A stretch of DNA of 64,000 bases, taken from NCBI GenBank assembly GCA_964291655.2, contig OZ219802.1:448001-512000 (forward strand), given 5' to 3'. A program made the translations under genes and the position numbers. The stretch comes from Chloroflexota bacterium. GTDB lineage: Bacteria > Chloroflexota > UBA11872 > VXOZ01. Positions 1 through 9,670 of the stretch are shown here, in pieces (position 1 is the first letter of the stretch; each line of letters starts with the position of its first letter). The notes beneath the pieces were generated by a model. It was not told the DNA's origin, ran no database searches, and saw only the letters and a list, made by a program, of their open reading frames with translations.

Positions 1-407
1 ATCGAGTCCGGGTCTATGCGCCCAACATCGGGGTCATTCACAACATCGGGAAAAGAGATCCCACTTACTTTGGAGTTAACGATGTTTTCCGCCTCTTCCA
101 TGTCAGTGCCGAACTTGAAAGAGGCAATGATGACAGACAGGTTCTCTGTAGAAATGGATTGGACGGTGTCTAAGCCGTCAATCCCCGCAATCGCATCTTC
201 TATCGGGATCGTAACGTTTTCTGCGACCGAGACTGGATTGGAAGAAGGGTAGAACGTCGTAACCGTGACAATTGGAAAGTCCACTTCCGGAAAGAGCTCT
301 ACCGGCAGTCTGGTGTAGGTAAATATGCCCGAAGCGAGCACCAAAATGACGGCGAGCACCGTAACCGAACGGCGGCGCAGCGCGAGACCTGTGACAAAAC
401 TGATCAA
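1..407 (-). CDS. RND efflux transporter permease (AcrB/AcrD/AcrF family), 5' part; runs off the window edge
   Basis: Manual translation from TTG at 407 (RBS GGAGG upstream): MISFVTGLALRRRSVTVLAVILVLASGIFTYTRLPVELFPEVDFPIVTVTTFYPSSNP..VTIPIEDAIAGIDG, the typical AcrB N-terminus. Confidence 0.9.
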   Translation of the reverse strand, partial: MISFVTGLALRRRSVTVLAVILVLASGIFTYTRLPVELFPEVDFPIVTVTTFYPSSNPVSVAENVTIPIEDAIAGIDGLDTVQSISTENLSVIIASFKFGTDMEEAENIVNSKVSGISFPDVVNDPDVGRIDPDS

Positions 408-887
408 GGCAACCTCCCGGTGGATTGTTTTGTGAAATTGCTCACAATTAAAATATACTCGAATTTTTTTCCCTCGTGTAGCTAAAGTGACTTCGAAACC
501 CTAAGTTCTTGCTAAGAATGTCAATGTCGCAAACGTATAAGAGACCTAAGAAGGGCACGCGCGATAGACGTCGCATTTTGCTGAATTGTGCGCCGTAATT
601 CGCTCGACATCCTCTTTCGTGCTTTAGCCCGCAGGGACTTTGCGCTCAGTGTCTAGTCCTGAATGTCTAGCATTGTCGGGCAAGAAGCGTCGCTGTCTTT
701 CCGGCGTTATAGGCGTCCTTCCAAATGGTTGCCCGTGCGCCCGCAGTGTGTGACGGCATCTGCACTCCCTACACATCGCTGCAAGGGTCGGACCCACGAC
801 TCTTGAATTAGGAAGCCCACCCCGGTGACGATCCACGTTCTTTCACGAACCTTGTTTTCAGTTGAGTTGCTCAAGGAGCTCCGAGAA

Positions 888-1676
888 ATGAAAATCCTCT
901 TAGACCCTGGCCACGGCGGCCGCGATCCTGGGGCCGTTGGCGTGCCGCAAGCTAACCCAGCCTCCGAAACTGCTTCGAGCGAGCGAATCCAGGAAAAGGA
1001 TGTCACGCTCGCGGTGGCGCTGTCCGCCGCCGCGGCTCTGCGTGGACTCGGCTACACAGTACTCTTGACCCGCGAAACCGACTTGGAGGTCCCGCTGCAC
1101 GCACGCACCGGCATGGCGCTGGCAGAGCAGGTAGACGCCTACATTAGCATTCACGCCAATGCCGGCGGCGGCACCGGTTGCGAGGTCTGGTACCAGGATG
1201 GCGATGAATCTTCACGGGCATTTGCCGCAGCGTTGGAGAAGGGAATCTGCGATCTGAACCTCGTACCAAATCGGGGCCTGAAAGCAGGCAGCTCCGCCAC
1301 GCGCACAAACTGGTACACCTTCTCGCGACTCGCCAACGACGCGCTGCTCGAATTGGCGTTTCTCGATCATGAGAGCGATGCCCTACAGCTTCAGCAGCAC
1401 CCTGACCGGTTTGCCCAGGGCATCGTGAACGCAATACAAGCGCACTTGCCGTTAGACGCCGGCACTCATGCCCAATGCACGTTGGAAAGACAGCAACTGA
1501 TCGCCCAGCGGGATGCCATAGTGGAGCAGATGTATGGGGAACTAATGTCAGACCGCGCCGACCTGGCGTACGCGATACGCATCGCCAACGGCGCCCGGCA
1601 TCCCAACGATCTCGGCGGCATGCAAAGGGATGAGCGGCTGCGCGAACTCAATGAGAAGTGGGCTGGGAAAATCTAA
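888..1676 (+). CDS. N-acetylmuramoyl-L-alanine amidase (Amidase_3), no signal peptide
   Basis: MKILLDPGHGG, EKD, SIHAN and LLELAF Zn-binding/catalytic motifs; AAGGAG upstream of ATG 888. Confidence 0.92.
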   Translation: MKILLDPGHGGRDPGAVGVPQANPASETASSERIQEKDVTLAVALSAAAALRGLGYTVLLTRETDLEVPLHARTGMALAEQVDAYISIHANAGGGTGCEVWYQDGDESSRAFAAALEKGICDLNLVPNRGLKAGSSATRTNWYTFSRLANDALLELAFLDHESDALQLQQHPDRFAQGIVNAIQAHLPLDAGTHAQCTLERQQLIAQRDAIVEQMYGELMSDRADLAYAIRIANGARHPNDLGGMQRDERLRELNEKWAGKI

Positions 1677-1798
1677 TAGGCTTTCACTGCGTCTTTCTGC
1701 CACATGCAACAGTTGTGCTCACCCTGGCCTCTCTCTGTGTAGCTAAGAGACTAAGCGCAAGAGACTGAAACCTCATTCAATGACTTAGGAGACACCAC

Positions 1799-2068
1799 AT
1801 GACAGGTATGGAATTAGCCGGCCTCGGCGGCATCACCGTAGGCGTGCGTATTTTGGTATCCGCGCTCAAGCAAGCCGGATTGCCGAAACGCTTTGCTCCC
1901 CTCACAGCCGTTGTACTCGGCGCAATCGCCGGGAGTGTCGGCGGCAATGTCACGGGCGCCGACTGGTATGCGGGGTTGGTGCTGGGCATTCTTGCCGGCG
2001 GCGCCGCCGTCGGACTCTATGAGATTGGCCGCCAGGCGACCAAGAACCCGCCGGATGGGCTGCTGTAA
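1799..2068 (+). CDS. Holin-like small membrane protein
   Basis: 89 aa with 2-3 hydrophobic segments; KQAGLPKRFAPL..VVLG and G.AAVGLYE patterns resemble Gram-positive phage holins; AGGAG RBS; follows the amidase. Confidence 0.75.
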   Translation: MTGMELAGLGGITVGVRILVSALKQAGLPKRFAPLTAVVLGAIAGSVGGNVTGADWYAGLVLGILAGGAAVGLYEIGRQATKNPPDGLL

Positions 2069-2165
2069 GTTCGGCCAAGGCGCTCTCGCCATGTCCATGC
2101 TCGCTGAATTCCGCTCTATTGCAGCGATGCTGCGGCTACCCTTGCCAAAGTCAGACATCCATGAT

Positions 2166-2200
2166 AATATCCAACCGGTTATACTAACCGGTTGGATATT
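2166..2200. promoter_or_regulatory. Putative autoregulatory operator of TA module 1
   Basis: Perfect 16-bp inverted repeat AATATCCAACCGGTTA-tac-TAACCGGTTGGATATT (two AACCGGTT palindromes) overlapping a TATACT -10-like box just upstream of the antitoxin. Confidence 0.7.
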
Positions 2201-2203
2201 GCT

Positions 2204-2455
2204 GTGAAGAAAATTCAAGCCACCGTGGCCAAGGCACATCTCGCGGACCTGCTGCGCATGGTCGAACGCGGCGAGACCATTACTATTACCCGCCACGGCA
2301 AGACGGTTGCCCATCTGGTGCCGGCCCATGTGCATGAAAGCGACTCCCGCAAGCAGGCGATAGAACGCTTTCGGCAACGCCGCGCGGGGTGGCAGCGCGT
2401 CGCTATGACAACAGAAGAGATCCTGGCCGCGCGGCACGAGGGTCATCGCTCTTGA
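2204..2455 (+). CDS. Phd/YefM family antitoxin
   Basis: AKAHLADLLRMVERGETITITRHGKTVAHLVP Phd signature; GTG 2204 is the preferred start. Confidence 0.9.
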   Translation: MKKIQATVAKAHLADLLRMVERGETITITRHGKTVAHLVPAHVHESDSRKQAIERFRQRRAGWQRVAMTTEEILAARHEGHRS

Positions 2456-2859
2456 GTGTGCTGATTCTCGATGCGTCTGTCGCCGCGGCCTGGCTCTTCA
2501 GCGACGAGACCGAGCCGCGCGCGGATGCAGTCCTCGCGCGCCTGGCAGAAGATGGCGCATTCGTACCGCAACTCTGGCACTTAGAGATACGCAATGTGCT
2601 GCTTGTCGCGGAACGGCGCGGTCGCATTTCAATGGATGAGACAGAAGAGTTGCTCGACGCCTTGAGCGAACTGCCCATCCAAACTGACACAACGCCGGGC
2701 CTCGCGGCCGCTTTCGCGCTGGCTCGCGGGCACGGCCTCTCCTTCTCCGATGCGCTCTATCTCGAACTGGCGCAACGACGCAGTGGAGCACTCGCCACTC
2801 TCGATGCTCAACTTGCGCGCGCTGCCGCAGCCCAGGGTCTAGCGCTTTCCGTGCAATAG
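2452..2859 (+). CDS. vapC: VapC family PIN-domain toxin
   Basis: LILDASV, EIRNVL, DALYLELA, LATLD acidic PIN motifs; TTG start overlaps the antitoxin stop. Confidence 0.9.
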   Translation: MSVLILDASVAAAWLFSDETEPRADAVLARLAEDGAFVPQLWHLEIRNVLLVAERRGRISMDETEELLDALSELPIQTDTTPGLAAAFALARGHGLSFSDALYLELAQRRSGALATLDAQLARAAAAQGLALSVQ

Positions 2860-3076
2860 AGTCCCGTCCGCACCCAGCGAATCGGCGAGATTCCCTTCAG
2901 AGGGCACAACGCCACTTCTCCTGGCGCCATAGTCTTCACTCTCATCGAGCTTGTGGTATAAGCGAGCTTTTCCGGGTTCAAGGCAATGGCAGTACTCCTC
3001 TACTGTTTGTATTACCGCGTCCCCGTGACTGAAGGGCTCATAGATAGAAACGCATACCCCGCGTGACAGGCTCTTC

Positions 3077-3529
3077 TTGCGGTGGGCGCCGGAGACGCTG
3101 CACGACGACGTGCGCATCGCAGCTGCTGCCGCCCAATCCGGCGCTGACGAGGCTAACGCTCAACTGCCTAACGGCATCGCAACCCAAGTAGGGCGGCAGT
3201 TTGGCGGCAGGGAACTCTCCGGCGGCGAGTGGCAGAGGGTAGCACTGGCGCGCGGCTTCATGCGTGACGCGGCCTTCGTCATTCTTGATGAACCAACCGC
3301 TGCCTTGGACGCCGAGGCCGAGTACCATCTCTTCCAGCGTTTCAGAGAGTTGGTAGCCGACAAGACGTCCCTCAACATCTCTCACCGTTTCTCTACGGTG
3401 CGCATGGCGGACAACATCCTTGTCTTGGAAGACGGCGCCATCATAGAGGGCGGTTCCCATCAGGAACTCATGGCGGCCAACGGGCGCTATGCCGCACTCT
3501 ACAATATGCAGGCGAGTTGGTATCAGTAG
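3077..3529 (+). pseudogene. C-terminal fragment of an ABC exporter ATP-binding/permease protein
   Basis: LSGGEWQRVALAR signature, ILDEPT Walker B and SHR motif are present, but there is no Walker A or TM domain upstream. Confidence 0.8.
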
Positions 3530-3880
3530 ACAGGTCATTCAGTCTACACAATTCACCGCTTGGCACGTGCAAGTCAGCCCAAGCGCAGTTGAGATCGTCT
3601 TACACTCGCCCCCCGGATCCAGAAGCGGGCGACAAGCCTCCGCGCGACGCTAAGGCTGTCACTCCGGCGATTCTTGAGGTATCTCCGGGTGATAGGGCGT
3701 CAGGGGCGATGCGAGGTCCGGTCTACTCCCACATTTCCGAAGTAGCATCTTGACGTGCGCAATTTGATGCTTCCGCCCATTCAGAGTCAAGAGTAGATCT
3801 GATTTCCCTATCAAGGTTTCGAACAATGCATTCAGTGTTGCTTAACTCTGCTACAGCTCAAGTGTACACTCTTAAACAAT

Positions 3881-4869
3881 ATGTTTATGAATGATGAAAG
3901 CGCGCAACTCTCCAAGATGGATGAGAGAACCAAACGCAAGAACGGAGTCGTGAACGAGGTGGCGGTAGGCAAACCCCTAATCGAAGCGCAAGGCCTCACC
4001 AAGCATTACGGCCAAACTATCGCGCTGCACGATGTTGACATGCAGGTCAGCAACGGCATTACCGGCCTGCTGGGACCCAACGGCGCGGCAAGAGCACTGC
4101 CATGAAGCTCTTCCTGGGGTTGCTCCAACCTACAGCGGGCACGGCTACCGTGCTGGGAGAAAGGCCCTACGAGAACATCGCCGTGCGCACGCGCCTCGGA
4201 TACATGCCGGAGCACGATTGCTTGCCCGACTTTGTCACGGCATCTGAATTTCTCAGTCACATGGCGCAAGTGAGTGGCATTCCACTCAAGCATGCCCGCA
4301 CGCGCGCGGCGGACATGCTCAGGCACGTGGGCCTGGATGAAGAGCGTTACCGCCACATAAAGGAATACTCAACCGGCATGAAGCAGCGCGTGAAGCTGGC
4401 GCAGGCTCTCGTGCATGACCCGGTGCTGGTGTTGCTTGATGAACCGACGGCCGGTCTTGATCCTGCCGGACGTGAAGAGATGCTGGAGCTCGTGCGGCGT
4501 ACCGGCCGGGAATTCGGCATCAATCTTATGCTCTCTTCACACCTCATGGGCGATGTGGAAAGCACCTGCGACCGCATCATCGTCATTGAAGGGGGGGCAA
4601 TCATCGAACAAGGCGATGTTGCTGACTTTACCCAAGAGACGGAGACGTTCTACATAGATGTGGACGACCGGAGGGAAGAACTGGTTACTGTGCTCCAAAG
4701 CAGCGGCCTGAAAACGCGGATCAGCGGGGCTTCAGTTGTGGTAATGTTGCGCGACGACGACCAGCTCGACGTTATCCGCGACGCGCTTGCAGAGTCAGGC
4801 GCCCGCCTGCGCAGACTCGCGCCTAGCCGCGGCGAATTGTCGGACATCTTTCGGAGGAACACCGAGTGA
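3881..4869 (+). pseudogene. ABC transporter ATP-binding protein, frameshifted in Walker A
   Basis: ORF 3881-4105 ends GLLGPNGA; ORF 4102-4869 carries YSTGMKQR and LDEPT. Adding one G near 4087 (GGCGCGGCAAGAGC) restores GPNGAGKSTAMK. Confidence 0.85.
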
Positions 4870-5867
4870 ACCAAGCCCAAGGTGAAATCTACGATCTCGG
4901 GTACCAACACTACGACGGCCCGCGGGGCGGCAGGTCGCAGGCCTTTCAATCATTGTGGGTAAACAGCTTTCGCACGACACTCGGACTGGGGCGCGGCGCA
5001 CGCGCGAAGATCCTGCCGGCGCTGATGACGTTGTTCGTCATCGCCCCGCCCACGGTCTTTCTGGTTATTTCCGCAGTGATCAGAGTAGGCCAACAGGCCA
5101 GCCACGCCGACTTCTACGAGGCCCTTGCCATCCTACTGCTGCTCTTTTCGGCCATCATGGCGCCGGAATTGCTCATTCCAGATCGCCGCAACAGTGTCAC
5201 GACCCTCTACTTGGTACGGCCGCTTACAGCCTTCGACTACGTGCTGGCGCGCTGGTCGGCCTTTCTGACGATCGTGCTCGCGGTGACCTTGTTGTCGCAA
5301 GTCATCGTGCTCGCCGCCAACCTCTTGCTGGCGCCGGCGCCCGGCGAATTCTTGCGCGAGAATTGGCTTGACATTCCACGCTTTATCCTCGCCGGCGCCA
5401 TTATTGCCGTGTTCGTCACCACCATCCCTATGGCAGTGTCTGCCTTCACCGAACGTCGGGCCTACGCGGCAGCCTTCGTCATCGCGCTCTTTGTGATCAC
5501 CACGCCCATGTCAGGACTGCTGACGTTTGAGGATTGTTCGCCTGTCCTTCCTTTGGATGCAAGCAACAGCGCGGTGGTTGAAGAGGAACCACTTGCCGTC
5601 CGCGCAGGACCAAGACGGGGCGGGGAAGCCGCCTTCTCTGTCGAGTGCCGGCGGTTCACCGGTGATTACGCCAAGTGGTTCGTGCTGCTCGACGTCGGCC
5701 GCGCACCCACGCACCTGGGCGACCTGATTTTCGACGACGATGAATCGGACGACTTCGCACAACTTGCCGCTGAATTGCCACTAGCCGTTCCCATCGCCTG
5801 GTACGGACTGCTGGTGGTTGGGCCGGGCGCGGTGTTGCTGTGGCGGTACTGGAGCATAAAGATATGA
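4866..5867 (+). CDS. ABC-2 type transporter permease
   Basis: Multiple TM helices, LYLVRPLT..DYVLARW motif; coupled to ATPase genes on both sides. Confidence 0.85.
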   Translation: MNQAQGEIYDLGYQHYDGPRGGRSQAFQSLWVNSFRTTLGLGRGARAKILPALMTLFVIAPPTVFLVISAVIRVGQQASHADFYEALAILLLLFSAIMAPELLIPDRRNSVTTLYLVRPLTAFDYVLARWSAFLTIVLAVTLLSQVIVLAANLLLAPAPGEFLRENWLDIPRFILAGAIIAVFVTTIPMAVSAFTERRAYAAAFVIALFVITTPMSGLLTFEDCSPVLPLDASNSAVVEEEPLAVRAGPRRGGEAAFSVECRRFTGDYAKWFVLLDVGRAPTHLGDLIFDDDESDDFAQLAAELPLAVPIAWYGLLVVGPGAVLLWRYWSIKI

Positions 5868-6793
5868 ACGAGGCTGCTGTTCCCGTCATCGCTGTGGAAA
5901 ACGTCTCCAAATGGTTTGGCAGCGTGGTGGCCGTCAACGATGTCTCACTCTCGATTACACCAGGTATAATCGGTTTGCTGGGCCCAAACGGCGCCGGCAA
6001 GACGACACTCCTCAAGATGATGGAGGGGCTGGCCGCACCCTCGGACGGCACCGTAACTATCTTTGGCGAAACGCCGCGCAATAATCCCAACCTCTTTCGG
6101 CGTGTTGGGGTGATGTCGGAACACGAAGCCGTGTATGGCTTTCAATCCGGCAAGCAGTTTGTAGATTTCTCCGCCAGGCTGCACGGTGTCACCGCCACCG
6201 CGGAGGCAACCGCGCAGGCAATCGAGCGGGTCGGTCTGGCCGACGCCCAACACCGGCCGCTCGGGACGTACTCGCGCGGCATGCGCCAACGCATGCGACT
6301 GGCAGCAGCTATCGTACACGAGCCGCAGGCAATCATCCTCGACGAGCCTCTGAACGGCACGGATCCGCGCCAGCGCATTGAGTTTCACGATCTCATGCGC
6401 CATCTCGCCGACGAAGGGCGGACGATTCTCATCTCATCTCACATACTTGAGGAAGTTGAAACGCTTGCCGACCGCATTCTCCTCATGGTGAGCGGCAAGT
6501 TGGCAGCCTCCGGCGACTACCGTGCGATTCGGGCGAAGCTTGACGAGCAGCCCTATGCTGTACGCATTGTCTCTAACGACCCTCGCACTATGGCGGCGGC
6601 ACTCATTGAGTTGGAAAGTATTGAATCGGTCTCGCTGGGTGGAGACAATGAAGTGATCGTCCTGAGCACAAACGTGGCGGTGCTGCAACGGTCGCTCGCC
6701 CACATCGCCAAGGACCGCGGCATTCGCCTCGAGCGTGTGGAGCCACTGGACGATTCGCTTGAGAGCGTCTTCAGTTACATTGTGGAGGGTTAG
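5864..6793 (+). CDS. ABC transporter ATP-binding protein
   Basis: GPNGAGKT, YSRGMRQR, ILDEP, SSH motifs. Confidence 0.95.
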   Translation: MNEAAVPVIAVENVSKWFGSVVAVNDVSLSITPGIIGLLGPNGAGKTTLLKMMEGLAAPSDGTVTIFGETPRNNPNLFRRVGVMSEHEAVYGFQSGKQFVDFSARLHGVTATAEATAQAIERVGLADAQHRPLGTYSRGMRQRMRLAAAIVHEPQAIILDEPLNGTDPRQRIEFHDLMRHLADEGRTILISSHILEEVETLADRILLMVSGKLAASGDYRAIRAKLDEQPYAVRIVSNDPRTMAAALIELESIESVSLGGDNEVIVLSTNVAVLQRSLAHIAKDRGIRLERVEPLDDSLESVFSYIVEG

Positions 6794-7516
6794 ATGGCGG
6801 AGATATTCCTGCTCTCGCTCAAGCAGCTTCTCGGCAGGTGGCGTGTGCTTGTAATTCTAATTCTCGCTGCGCTGCCGTCGTTACTGGTGCTTCTTATCAG
6901 ACTCCTCGGTGAGGGCAATATTGGCTTCCACGGCGAGTTCGTTGGCGTCATCATTGACGCTATGATCACAGGCGGCATCATGCCAATCGTGACAATGACG
7001 CTTGCCACCGCAGCCTTCGGCAACGAACTGGAAGACAAAACGCTGTACTATCTTGTTTTGAAGCCGGTGCCGCGAATCTCTATCGTGCTCGCGAAACTGC
7101 TTGCAGTCCTGATTGTGGCGCTGCCGCTGGTGATAGCGAGTGGCGTCGTGGCTTCCGCACTCGTGAACGCGGAGGCACGACAAATGGGCATTGTCGCTAT
7201 CGCCCTGGCCGCGGGTGTGACTGCCTACGCCTCGATCTTCACTTTGGCGGGCCTCTTGACCCCACGCGCGCTGGCCTACGGCCTGGTGTACGTGTTGGTG
7301 TGGGAAGGGCTGCTCAGCACGATCCTCAGCGGCATTGGCTACCTCAGCATCCGGGGCTACACGCTCGCGCTGCTGAATGGCATGGATGAGACCAGCTTTG
7401 CAGCATTTGAGGAGCGCGTGATCGAGTTCCCGGCCGCTATGGTTGGCACGGGAGTCGTGATTGTGGCCTTCTTCCTGCTGGCGCTGTATCGTCTGCGCAC
7501 CATGGACGTGCCTTAG
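6794..7516 (+). CDS. ABC-2 type transporter permease
   Basis: About six TM helices, ELEDKTLYYLVLKPV motif; abuts the ATPase stop. Confidence 0.88.
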   Translation: MAEIFLLSLKQLLGRWRVLVILILAALPSLLVLLIRLLGEGNIGFHGEFVGVIIDAMITGGIMPIVTMTLATAAFGNELEDKTLYYLVLKPVPRISIVLAKLLAVLIVALPLVIASGVVASALVNAEARQMGIVAIALAAGVTAYASIFTLAGLLTPRALAYGLVYVLVWEGLLSTILSGIGYLSIRGYTLALLNGMDETSFAAFEERVIEFPAAMVGTGVVIVAFFLLALYRLRTMDVP

Positions 7517-7642
7517 GGACGGATGAGCTAGACGGTGTGACGTACAGCATCTTCGGGCTGTGAAGCACTCGCTGTGTGTTCAGTCCGTTCAGTGTTTACT
7601 GACTGGGGTCAACGTCGCGTCAGAGATAGCCAGCCTTCGCAC

Positions 7643-8380
7643 TCATGGTAAGAGATAGGGAGCTAATTCAGAAAGTGATGTGATTTCCAGATCAGGTTGG
7701 GCATCACTCTTAGTGCGTACGGTACCGTCCCGATTCAGCCACACCGAGCTAAGACCGGCCGCATTCGCTCCAGCAACGTCAGCCGCCAGGCTATCTCCGA
7801 CGTGCCATACTTTCTTGCCGGATACGCCAAGAGCCTTGAGCACAACAGTAAACGCACGTTTATCCGGTTTGGCCGCGCCAGTCTCCCCAGAGATTGAAAA
7901 TGCGTTAAACCAACTGGCAATACCCATTGCCTCAATCTTATGTCGCTGTGTGTCGGAGGCGCCATTCGTCACCAGAGCTGCTGGGACGCGTGCCTGCCGC
8001 ACTGCACTAATGAGTCCCGCTACGTCAGCGAATGGCTGATAAGAGTCCCAGGCCAAGCGCAAATGAGTCTTAGCTGCATATTGAGCGAGTGATTCGTCAT
8101 TGTAGCCACATACCTGAAGTGTTCTGCGCCAAGTTTCAAGAGTGAGATCTGCGCCGCTCATTCTGCCGAGCGTCCAAGCGTCATGCCTCTCTGGCCCATA
8201 GGTACTGAACACTGCGTGATTGGCCGCTTGCAGTCGCTTTGCCTCTAGCTCCGACCGCAGCAACGCAAGCTCCTCGCAGGTTTGCGCGATGGACTGCGGG
8301 AATGTGCTGCCGTCCAGCAGTGTTTCATCCAAATCAAGAAGAAGCGCGTGCAATCGACTCACATATAACCTCAGAGACAT
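7643..8380 (-). CDS. HAD-superfamily hydrolase
   Basis: DLDETL, VTNG, KPD, HVGDSLAADVAGA motifs. Confidence 0.92.
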   Translation of the reverse strand: MSLRLYVSRLHALLLDLDETLLDGSTFPQSIAQTCEELALLRSELEAKRLQAANHAVFSTYGPERHDAWTLGRMSGADLTLETWRRTLQVCGYNDESLAQYAAKTHLRLAWDSYQPFADVAGLISAVRQARVPAALVTNGASDTQRHKIEAMGIASWFNAFSISGETGAAKPDKRAFTVVLKALGVSGKKVWHVGDSLAADVAGANAAGLSSVWLNRDGTVRTKSDAQPDLEITSLSELAPYLLP

Positions 8381-8458
8381 CCCGCTCCCAAATCAAAGAG
8401 AGGAGGATATCTGTCCACCTATTACTAGTCTCTTCTCTCCCCCTACCGCTGCCTATTC

Positions 8459-9385
8459 TCAACCAGTCTCAATGCGGCCGAAATCTCGAAGCACCCGTAG
8501 ATTCTTCAAGGTAGTCCGTGCCTGCCATTCCCGCTTGGCGATCTCCCAGGCCTCAGGATGCTGTTCGCCCCATGAGAAGTTCGGCGACCACGCGCCATCC
8601 GCGCCCTGTTGCTCGATCTCGAAATCCAGGTTCATTGCCACTTCATCCGCCAATGCGTCCGCCAGTGGAGCGTCCGGCGAAGAAACCACATACAAGGGCT
8701 TCAGAACATAGCCGGTCAATTGCTCCGGCTCGCGCGCGACGCCGTGTTCCGCCGCCTTGGCAAGTTTCATCCAGATACGGTCCTTCAACTCCTGAGGCAA
8801 CGCTTCAGTCTCCGCGAGGCTGACAAAGCAAATGAGGTCGTGCATCTCCATCTCGTCGGGCAGCGAATCCAGGTGCACGAAAACCGCTTGCGTTGTTGAC
8901 TGCAGAAGGTCCACCGGCACCGCGGCCCTGTAGTCGTGCAAGTAGCCGACTATCTCCACCCGCGGGTTTATGAGAAATCCACCAAAGCCTGCCTCACTCG
9001 CCGCATAGTCCCACCACGGGGCGTGGGGCGCGTCTTCAACCTCGGGCGGAATGATCGGCCACACCTGCCGGGACTCATCGTAGGTTGCGAGCAGGTAATC
9101 AAGGCCCCTGCACACCAGCGGATGGTCGGCAGCAATGCCAAGAGAGCGAAAACTTTGAAACGCCACTGTCGTCGCAATCGCTGACGACGCCGGCGTTCTC
9201 AGATCGGGCTCCAGACCGTGACCGAATCCGCCGTCGTCGTTCTGATAGGCCGCGAGCGCGGTAAGGACGTCTTCGGCAGATCCACCCTCAAAGTAATAGC
9301 GGAGAAGCGCTCGGTCTAGGTCCCTGCCCTGCTCCTTTACGTATGCTATGGATTGTTGAAATGCCGTCTTTGAAAGTCGTTTCAT
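8459..9385 (-). CDS. Conserved hypothetical protein with prenyltransferase/squalene-cyclase-like repeats
   Basis: YQNDDGGFGHGLEPD and QGADGAW QW-like motifs; AGGA RBS. Confidence 0.7.
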   Translation of the reverse strand: MKRLSKTAFQQSIAYVKEQGRDLDRALLRYYFEGGSAEDVLTALAAYQNDDGGFGHGLEPDLRTPASSAIATTVAFQSFRSLGIAADHPLVCRGLDYLLATYDESRQVWPIIPPEVEDAPHAPWWDYAASEAGFGGFLINPRVEIVGYLHDYRAAVPVDLLQSTTQAVFVHLDSLPDEMEMHDLICFVSLAETEALPQELKDRIWMKLAKAAEHGVAREPEQLTGYVLKPLYVVSSPDAPLADALADEVAMNLDFEIEQQGADGAWSPNFSWGEQHPEAWEIAKREWQARTTLKNLRVLRDFGRIETG

Positions 9386-9529
9386 CCGTGATCCTTCTCC
9401 ACAAAGGGCCGAGGTATTCGTTCATTGAGACTCACGTAGTCAGTCTGAACGGAGGATAGCACACACCATCTGTTGTCTGTGGCCGGCTGCAATTTCTTTC
9501 AGTTTTGAAGTAAGTCAAGTCCTTGACAA

Positions 9530-9559
9530 TTGCAAACAAAAGCAGACTCCTGCTATGGT
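9530..9559 (+). promoter_or_regulatory. Putative sigma70 promoter for the solute-binding protein gene
   Basis: TTGCAA-18 bp-TATGGT with extended -10 TG. Confidence 0.4.
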
Positions 9560-9670
9560 AGTGTCTAAGCGGTTTGATGGAGCAAAGGAAGGAGAGGTAA
9601 AAGATTGCGTCGGCCGCACTATGTTCAGGGAGTCCCATAGTCAGTGTCTTCCTCTAAAGGGAGGGAAACC

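Noticed and set aside
420-887. Riboswitch (c-di-AMP/ydaO) or 6S RNA upstream of the amidase
   Set aside because: I could not match the consensus motifs by eye; an Rfam scan is needed
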